In this document: positions 57,448 through 64,000 of the stretch, piece after piece
Layout: every line of letters begins with the position of its first letter
How positions within the stretch are numbered: the stretch's first letter is position 1
Made by a program: the position numbers and the translations under genes
Notes under the pieces: generated by a model
Database searches by the model: none
What the model saw: only the letters and a program-made list of their open reading frames with translations
Told to the model about the DNA's origin: nothing
Assembly: GCA_963724765.1 (NCBI GenBank)
Contig: CAVRVY010000004.1
Location: forward strand, 704,001 to 768,000
Source of the DNA: an uncultured delta proteobacterium
GTDB taxonomy: Bacteria > Desulfobacterota > Binatia > Binatales > Binataceae
Direction of reading: 5' to 3'
Length of the DNA stretch: 64,000 nt

Positions 57448-58113
57448 GTGAGCCCTGACGAATTCGAACGGCCGCATATCGCGCAAGCCTCCACCGCAAA
57501 GCCTTTGCCGCAGACGCCTTTTCCGCCGCAACCACCCAACGCGCCGGAGGCGGCCGCCACCTGGGCGAGCCGGCTCGAAGCGCTGTTCGTGCGCCGCCTG
57601 CTGGTGGTCGGGGTGCTCGGCTTGATGGTGATGATCGGGCTTTTTCTGTCGAACTATTCGAGCGACCGGGCGCGTTACTACTGGTGCGCGATGTTTCCGA
57701 TCTTCGGTATCGCGTGCCTCGCGCACGAACTGACGTCGGGGCGGGCCTACGAGATCCCGCTCTGGCGAATTCTCGTGCGCCAAGGGCTTCATTGGATCGG
57801 GCCGATAGTCGCGGTGAAGATCCTGTTTATGCAGCACGCACGGGGCCAGATGGCGACCGATGCGGTCGCCTTGACGATCATCCTTCTGCTCGCGGTCACC
57901 TGTTTTCTCGCGGGAGTTCACTTCGACCGCAGCTTTTATTGGGTCAGCGCCTTTCTCGCGCTGGCGGCGGTGATTGGGACCGAGATCGAAACCTATCTAT
58001 GGTTCGTAGTGGTGCTGCTTCTGATCGTGGTCGCGATCGCGGTGCTGTCGGCGGTCCTGCTGCGCCGCGGTTCCAAGGCCGCTGCGGCGCCGGGCCACAT
58101 TTCGACTTCCTGA
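57448..58113 (+). CDS. Hypothetical multi-pass membrane protein
   Basis: About 6 hydrophobic segments; GAGGA RBS before GTG. Confidence 0.75.
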   Translation: MSPDEFERPHIAQASTAKPLPQTPFPPQPPNAPEAAATWASRLEALFVRRLLVVGVLGLMVMIGLFLSNYSSDRARYYWCAMFPIFGIACLAHELTSGRAYEIPLWRILVRQGLHWIGPIVAVKILFMQHARGQMATDAVALTIILLLAVTCFLAGVHFDRSFYWVSAFLALAAVIGTEIETYLWFVVVLLLIVVAIAVLSAVLLRRGSKAAAAPGHISTS

Positions 58114-58129
58114 AAGACCGCATAAAAAC

Positions 58130-58174
58130 GCAGGCGGCGAAGCGCGCCCCAAAGGACCGCGCCTCGCCGCCTGC
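58130..58174 (-). terminator. Rho-independent terminator
   Basis: 17-bp near-perfect stem gcaggcggcgaagcgcg/cgcgcctcgccgcctgc followed by a T-tract on the minus strand. Confidence 0.7.
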
Positions 58175-58232
58175 TGTCTGACAGAGTCGCCGCGCGCACC
58201 GCGTTGCGCGGCGCCGCGCGGGCCTCGCGTCC

Positions 58233-59543
58233 TTACGCCGTCGCCGCCAGGGCCTCCGCATGCGCCACCGGCTCGGGCTTGCCCGAGGCCCCAAGCGGCG
58301 TTGATCCGGGCTTGCGCTCGAACGGATCTTTCAAGCCGAGCTTGTTCGCGTGCTCGCGCAGCGGCGGAATTACCTCCTGCGCGATCAACCTCATGCTTGT
58401 GCGCCGCGCCTCGGTCGATATCGGGCCGTCGTTCTGCCAGAACGCGAAGATGCCCGGCCGCAACACATCGAGGATATGCTTGAGCTTGGGGATTACCGAC
58501 TTCGGAGTGCCGACGATGATCTGGTTATTCTTCTGCGCACTCTCGTAGCCGGCGTAAACCGCCTTGCGCAGCGCCGCGACGTCGACCTCGCCATCCATCG
58601 ACTGGAAGAGCGCGGGGCCGTTGGGATTATTCGGGTCGCTGAACTGGCGCGCCATCCGCCGCGTCGCTTCCTTGGAATTGTATCCCGGCGGGAACATCCA
58701 CTCGCCGCGCGCGAAATGCGAGAGTCCGCCGCCATAGAGATCCATCTTGCCCAACTCCTGCGCCTTCTCCTCGGTCTCCGCAACAAAGACCTTCTGCAGG
58801 TAGCCGAAATTCTCGGTGCCGGCCTGGTAGCCTTCCTTCGCCGCCGCCTGCGTGTACAGGTTCCACATCTCGACCGTCGGCTCGAGATAGGTCGCAAGCG
58901 CGAGGTACGGATACTTGTGCTTGGCGCACCACAGCAGGGTCTCGGGGCTGACCAGTCCGGGGATCCAGATCGGCGGATGCGGCTTCTGGATCGGCAACAC
59001 CCACGGATTCACGAAACGATAGTGGAAATGCTTGCCCTCCCAGCGAAACGGACCGGGACGCGTCCAGGCTGCGATTACCAGGTCATGCGCCTCGTTGAAG
59101 TATTCGCGGTTGTAGGCCGGGTTGGCATTGTTGGCGAGCTGCTCGCTGCCCGCGCCGCGCACCCATCCCGGCACCAGCCGCCCGCCGGAGATCATGTCGA
59201 TCATCGCCAGCTCCTCGGCCAGGCGCAGCGGGTTGGCCACTACCGGCAGCGGATTGCCGAGCAGCACGATGCGGACCTTCTTGGTGATGCGCGCGAGGAT
59301 CGAGGCCTCCATATCCATCACGGCGCCCATGCAGAAGGGCGTGCCATGATGCTCGTTGAGCATCACGCCGTCGAAGCCGAGTTCCTCGGCTATCACTTTG
59401 TCGTCGAGATACTCGTTGAGCAGCTTCGCGCCCTTGACCGGATCGAAAAAGCGATTGGGCACCCCGAAGAAGCTCTGGATTTTCAGAACTTCGTCTTCGG
59501 GAACGTCAAGGTATGGCCGTTCAGTGAAATACATTATGTGCAT
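58233..59543 (-). CDS. LLM-class flavin-dependent oxidoreductase
   Basis: GFDGVMLNEHH, PLRLAEELAMIDMISGGRL, P.QKPHPPIW. Confidence 0.93.
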   Translation of the reverse strand: MHIMYFTERPYLDVPEDEVLKIQSFFGVPNRFFDPVKGAKLLNEYLDDKVIAEELGFDGVMLNEHHGTPFCMGAVMDMEASILARITKKVRIVLLGNPLPVVANPLRLAEELAMIDMISGGRLVPGWVRGAGSEQLANNANPAYNREYFNEAHDLVIAAWTRPGPFRWEGKHFHYRFVNPWVLPIQKPHPPIWIPGLVSPETLLWCAKHKYPYLALATYLEPTVEMWNLYTQAAAKEGYQAGTENFGYLQKVFVAETEEKAQELGKMDLYGGGLSHFARGEWMFPPGYNSKEATRRMARQFSDPNNPNGPALFQSMDGEVDVAALRKAVYAGYESAQKNNQIIVGTPKSVIPKLKHILDVLRPGIFAFWQNDGPISTEARRTSMRLIAQEVIPPLREHANKLGLKDPFERKPGSTPLGASGKPEPVAHAEALAATA

Positions 59544-59679
59544 ATCAAGCCCTCCGTTTCCGTATTATGAGCTCTCTGCCGCGTCGTGCATTTCCTGACT
59601 GCATTTCCTCGTTTCAATAGCGCTCACGCCGGATCGCAAAGGCGCTCGCGCGAAAGTTCGCGCGGCCGGCCGCGCCGCG

Positions 59680-60978
59680 CTACGCCCTCAACCCCTCCAT
59701 CGAGCCCACGTATTGGGGCTTGCCCGTCGGGCCCAGCGGCACCGATCCGGGCTGGCGCTCGAATGGACCAGCTAGACCCAACTCCTTGCCGATCTCGCGC
59801 AGTCGCGGGATGACTTCGGTGCCGAGAAGCTTCAAACAGGTCATCCGATCCGCGGCCGGCGCCGGGCCGTCGAGCCAAAACGAGAAAATTCCCGGCCGCA
59901 GCACCGACAGCACTTTCCTGAGCTTCGGGATCACCGTCCTGGGCGTCCCAGCGATCATCTGCAAGCCCTCTTTCGATCCGTCGTAGGCCGCGTGGATCGT
60001 CTTGCGGAGCGCGTCGAGGTCTTCGGTGTGATCCTGCGAAACGAACGAGACTCCGGGCGTGTTGGGGTTGCCGTACAGCCTAGACAGACGCCGGGTCGCA
60101 GCCCTGGAATTGTATCCTGGCGGGAACATCCATTCGGGCCGCGCAAAGTGCGAGAAGCCGCCGCCATAAAGGAAATGGCGGCCCATTTCGTCAGCCTTCT
60201 CCTCGGTCTCGTGCACGAAGACGGGCTGCAAGTAGCCGAAATTTTCCGACCCTGCCTGGTAGCCCATCTCGGCCGCGCAGTCGATGTACATCTTCCACAT
60301 CTCGAGCGTCGGCTCGAGCATCGTGGCTAGCGCCACGTAGGGATAGCGATGCTCGGCGCACCATCGCACCGTCTCAGGACTGATGAGACCCGGGATCCAG
60401 ATTGGCGGATGCGGTTTTTGCAGCGGCAAGACCCATGGGTTCACGAAGCGGAAGTTGAAATGCTTGCCTTCCCATCGAAACGGACCGGGCCTGGTCCAGG
60501 CCGCGATCACGAAATCATGCGCCTCTTCAAAGTATTCGCGGTTGTAGGCTGGGTTGGCGTTGTTGGCGAGCTGCTCGCTGCCCGCGCCACGGACCCATCC
60601 GGCCACCAGCCGCCCGCCGGAGATGAGGTCGATCATCGCCAGCTCCTCGGCCAGGCGCATGGGGTTGGCGATCACCGGCAGCGGATTGCCGAGCAGCACT
60701 ATCTTGACCTTGCTGGTGCACCTGGCGAGGATTGCCGCCTCGACATCCATCACCGCGCCCATGCAGAAGGGGGTGCCGTGATGCTCGTTGAGCATCACGC
60801 CGTCGAAGGTGCCGAGCTCGTCGGTATAGATCTTCTCGTCGAGGTACTGGTTGAGAAGCTGGGCGCCCTTTTGCGGATCGAAAAACCTGTTCGGCACGCC
60901 GAAGAAGCTGCGCCGCTTTAGCACCTCGTCCTCGGGCACGTAATGATATGCCCGCTCGGTGAACCACATTATGTGCAT
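59680..60978 (-). CDS. LLM-class flavin-dependent oxidoreductase (tandem paralog)
   Basis: Same motifs; long identical stretches with 58233-59543. Confidence 0.93.
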   Translation of the reverse strand: MHIMWFTERAYHYVPEDEVLKRRSFFGVPNRFFDPQKGAQLLNQYLDEKIYTDELGTFDGVMLNEHHGTPFCMGAVMDVEAAILARCTSKVKIVLLGNPLPVIANPMRLAEELAMIDLISGGRLVAGWVRGAGSEQLANNANPAYNREYFEEAHDFVIAAWTRPGPFRWEGKHFNFRFVNPWVLPLQKPHPPIWIPGLISPETVRWCAEHRYPYVALATMLEPTLEMWKMYIDCAAEMGYQAGSENFGYLQPVFVHETEEKADEMGRHFLYGGGFSHFARPEWMFPPGYNSRAATRRLSRLYGNPNTPGVSFVSQDHTEDLDALRKTIHAAYDGSKEGLQMIAGTPRTVIPKLRKVLSVLRPGIFSFWLDGPAPAADRMTCLKLLGTEVIPRLREIGKELGLAGPFERQPGSVPLGPTGKPQYVGSMEGLRA

Positions 60979-60996
60979 TCGGATTTCTCCGGGAGC

Positions 60997-61785
60997 TCAG
61001 CCCAAAAACGCGCGCACCTGCTTTAAAAATTCGGCCGGCTGTTCCACCCCGGGATAGTGTCCGCAATTGTCGATCGTCACGACTTTCGCGCCCTTGATCG
61101 AGCGCTGATAAACTTCGGCCGCGCTGAGCGGCACGACCGGATCCTGCTTGCCCCACAAGAGCATGGTTGGCAGCCCGTCGATTCCCTCGAGCAGATGCGG
61201 CAGGCTGGGATTGAACATGTACGGCGCCCACGCCAGCCGCGCAGTCTCGGCACGCGCCTCTTCCCACGCCTCGTATTGCTCGGGTGTCTGCTCGCCACCG
61301 AACAGTTTGGTGAAATCCGGCTGCTGCGGGTCAGCCGCGCCGCGCGTCAAGTAGACGCGCGCGGTCACCGTGAACATGTCCATGATCTCGCCCTGGGGCG
61401 GGCGTACACCCGTCGGGGCAACCAGGATCATTTTACTGAACTGGGCCGGGTTGGCGGCGGCCATCTCGGCCGCGACCCATCCGCCGAGCGAGTGCCCGAG
61501 CACGTCGACCGGCCCCAGCTTCTGTTCGCGCACGTAACGCTGATAGAAGCCGGCCAGGTCGCGGATGCTCACGATCCAGTCCGCTATCGCAGTCTTGCCG
61601 AAGCCCGGATGAATCGGCGTAATCAGCGTGCGGTCCTTGGCCAGGGCCGAATTCCACGGCGTCCATCCCGGCCATCCCAACTCGCCGTGCAGGAGCAGCA
61701 GCGGCTTGCCCTTGCCGCCCTTCACGACGACCAGTTCCGTGTCGCCGACGCGGACCTTCTCTTCAGACCATTCCTTGTCTGCCAT
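60997..61785 (-). CDS. Alpha/beta fold hydrolase
   Basis: LLHG, GHSLGG nucleophile elbow, WGKQD, GH; start MADKEW after GGAG. Confidence 0.92.
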   Translation of the reverse strand: MADKEWSEEKVRVGDTELVVVKGGKGKPLLLLHGELGWPGWTPWNSALAKDRTLITPIHPGFGKTAIADWIVSIRDLAGFYQRYVREQKLGPVDVLGHSLGGWVAAEMAAANPAQFSKMILVAPTGVRPPQGEIMDMFTVTARVYLTRGAADPQQPDFTKLFGGEQTPEQYEAWEEARAETARLAWAPYMFNPSLPHLLEGIDGLPTMLLWGKQDPVVPLSAAEVYQRSIKGAKVVTIDNCGHYPGVEQPAEFLKQVRAFLG

Positions 61786-62115
61786 TGAGACTTTCTCCGA
61801 GTTTGTATTAATGGCGGCCTTCGAGCCCGTCGATGCCCCCCGACCAGTCCGCCCGCAAGACTTGATCAAATTCAGCTTTAGTACAGTGCGACACTATTTG
61901 CTACCAGAACTCCTGACCATTTCATTCATCGAAGCCAAAACGGCCTCCGGCCGTCCACACAGGCGCCGCCCGGCGGAGGGACCAGCCTATCAGAAGGTGG
62001 CCTACAACGAGGTATGAGCAAAAGCTATAATCACCGGGCGCGTGGACGTAGCGGATGACGGGGCGCAGGATGAGGCGGAGGACGAGGCCTATGACGAGGC
62101 GGATGATGGCCTGAC

Positions 62116-62763
62116 GTGGACGACCTGGCACAAGCTCGCGAGCGGATGGTGGTCGAACAACTCGAGCGCCGTGGCATCCGCGATTCCCGCGTGCTCGCCG
62201 CAATGCGCATGGTCGAGCGCGACCGCTTCATCCCGGCCGAATATGCCGCGCAAGCCTACAACGACGAGCCGCTGCCAATCGGCGGTGAACAAACGATCTC
62301 GCAACCCTACATGGTCGCCCTGATGTGCGAGGTGGCGCGGCTGACCGGCGTCGAGCGCGTGCTCGAGATCGGCACCGGCTCGGGCTACGCCGCGGCGGTC
62401 CTCGCACGCCTGGCCGCCACCGTTTATTCGGTCGAATGCCTGCCGGCACTTTACGAGCGGGCGCGTGCGCGGCTTGAAGCGATCGAGGCCACCAATGTGC
62501 TTGTGAGCTGCCGCGACGGATCGGAGGGATGGCCCGAGCAAGCGCCGTTCGACGTCATCGTCGTGACCGCCGCGATGCCCGGCATCGCGCGTCCGTTGCT
62601 CGACCAACTCAAGCCCGGCGGACGGCTGGTCGCACCGATCGGCGAAGATGAACTGCAAACCCTGGTACGAATCAGCCGGCGCGACGACGCCTGGTGCGAG
62701 GAATATTTCGGCGAATGCCGGTTCGTCAAGATGACCGGCCGCTACGGATTCAAGGCGCAATGA
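62116..62763 (+). CDS. pcm: Protein-L-isoaspartate O-methyltransferase
   Basis: QTISQPYMV, VLEIGTGSGY, APFDVIVVTAA, QLKPGGRLVAP. Confidence 0.96.
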   Translation: MDDLAQARERMVVEQLERRGIRDSRVLAAMRMVERDRFIPAEYAAQAYNDEPLPIGGEQTISQPYMVALMCEVARLTGVERVLEIGTGSGYAAAVLARLAATVYSVECLPALYERARARLEAIEATNVLVSCRDGSEGWPEQAPFDVIVVTAAMPGIARPLLDQLKPGGRLVAPIGEDELQTLVRISRRDDAWCEEYFGECRFVKMTGRYGFKAQ

Positions 62764-62817
62764 TTCGCTGACCGCGCTGTTAACGATGGCGCGAGGCGGC
62801 AGGGCGCGGATGCGGCG

Positions 62818-63642
62818 GTGGAGAGGGGTGGAGTGACGGTAGCGGACACCAGCGAGAGCAAGGTCAGTACGAGGGTGCGCGCGTCTGCGGCGACGATCGT
62901 GACAGCCGCATCGCTCGCGATCGCCGCCCTCGCAGCGATGATTGCCTGCTCAGGATGCTCGGCGTCGGGGCCGCGAACGCGGTTCGCGTCTTACAGCGGG
63001 GCCTCGCGACCGGTCGAGCACGTCGTGCGCCCCGGCGAAACCGTCTATCACATCGCGCACGCCTATGGCATCAGCGTTCAGCGCCTGCTGGAGGCCAACC
63101 ATCTGAGCGACTCGCGCGATCTCCGCGTGGGCCAGAGCCTGCTGATTCCCGGCGCCTACACTTACGCCTCGCTGGGCGGCGCCGAGAATGCTTCAGGGTC
63201 GATATGGAACGTGCCGCGGGCCTCGCGCCAGTTCGCGTGGCCGCTATGGTCCGGGACGGTGACCTCGGGCTTCGGAATGCGCCACGGCACGATGCATGAC
63301 GGCGTCGACATCGCGGCGCCGGTTGGAACGGCGGTGCACGCCGCTGACTCCGGCGTGGTGGTCTTCGTGGGAAGGCTTAACGGCTACGGGAACACGGTCA
63401 TCGTCCGCCACTCGGATAATTTCGTGACGGTCTACGGTCATAACTCGCGCATCCTGGTAAGCGAGGGCTCCGCCGTCGCGCGCGGCCAGAACATCGCGGA
63501 GGTCGGCACCAGCGGACGGACCACTGGCCCCAATCTCCATTTCGAAGTGCGCTACGACAACCACGCCTACAATCCGCTGAGCTACCTGCCGCCGCCGGGG
63601 CCCTCCCCCATCGAAAGCTTTGCCCGCAACGGCTCCTCCTAG
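62818..63642 (+). CDS. nlpD: LysM plus M23 lipoprotein (NlpD-like)
   Basis: Lipobox-like CSGC, LysM (HVVRPGETVYHIA), HDGVDI, HFEVR; follows pcm. Confidence 0.85.
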   Translation: MERGGVTVADTSESKVSTRVRASAATIVTAASLAIAALAAMIACSGCSASGPRTRFASYSGASRPVEHVVRPGETVYHIAHAYGISVQRLLEANHLSDSRDLRVGQSLLIPGAYTYASLGGAENASGSIWNVPRASRQFAWPLWSGTVTSGFGMRHGTMHDGVDIAAPVGTAVHAADSGVVVFVGRLNGYGNTVIVRHSDNFVTVYGHNSRILVSEGSAVARGQNIAEVGTSGRTTGPNLHFEVRYDNHAYNPLSYLPPPGPSPIESFARNGSS

Positions 63643-63688
63643 TATCGTTAGCCGGATCGCCGAGCAGATGGGCCGGCCACAAACACCA

Positions 63689-64000
63689 ATGATGGAACTG
63701 AACGAACTTCGACGGCTCGTACGTGACATCCCGGACTTTCCCAAGCCAGGGATCCTGTTTCGCGACATAACTCCGCTTATCAGCCACGCGCGCGCCTTCG
63801 CCGCGATGGTCGATTTGATGGCGGCGCCATTTCTGGGCAAGGTCGACATGGTGCTCGGCATCGAATCGCGCGGCTTCATCGTCGGCGCGCCGGTGGCCTA
63901 CCGCCTCGGCGTGGGGCTGGCGATCGCACGCAAGCCGGGCAAATTGCCTTTCCACACGATTGGCGAAACCTACGATCTCGAGTACGGCAACGCCGGGCTC
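63689..64000 (+). CDS. apt: Adenine phosphoribosyltransferase (partial, runs off the window)
   Basis: Hand translation MMELNELRRLVRDIPDFPKPGILFRDITPL..GIESRGF..RKPGKLP..YDLEYG. Confidence 0.95.
   Translation, partial: MMELNELRRLVRDIPDFPKPGILFRDITPLISHARAFAAMVDLMAAPFLGKVDMVLGIESRGFIVGAPVAYRLGVGLAIARKPGKLPFHTIGETYDLEYGNAGL

Overview
Bacterial DNA of fairly high GC, with gene content reminiscent of soil Deltaproteobacteria-like lineages such as Ca. Binatota (inference only). The first ~57 kb is a signalling and stress-type region. It holds a poly-HAMP/GAF hybrid kinase, an OsaB-like REC-PAS-HK-REC kinase and an NtrC-family sigma-54 activator in tandem, further kinases, and a CheB/CheR-PAS-kinase fusion split by an in-frame TAG. 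It also holds many small secreted, lipo- or membrane proteins (DUF748, DUF6496, DUF3309, Thivi_2564-like, DUF992), an ABC transporter-GT4-amylo-1,6-glucosidase operon, a KimA-like transporter, cardiolipin synthase, and a dksA-like/cgs/ppk2/pgm block. The last ~7 kb has two tandem LLM monooxygenases, an alpha/beta hydrolase and pcm-nlpD-apt. Main signal found by reading: twelve GG-N10-GC sigma-54 promoter matches and two GG-N10-GA variants, each pointing into a neighbouring gene start, often with a GTAA-N-TTTT motif roughly 55-120 bp upstream. This suggests a locally encoded sigma-54-dependent osmotic/general-stress regulon. Its targets include an unannotated-looking family of three Thr-rich lipoproteins sharing G-x-[VI]-x3-STTT-[YW] and one member of a secreted 'HP(D/E)L...NPGNF' paralog pair. 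Several genes carry single-base frameshifts (assembly error or decay). No rRNA, tRNA, CRISPR array or transposase was recognised.
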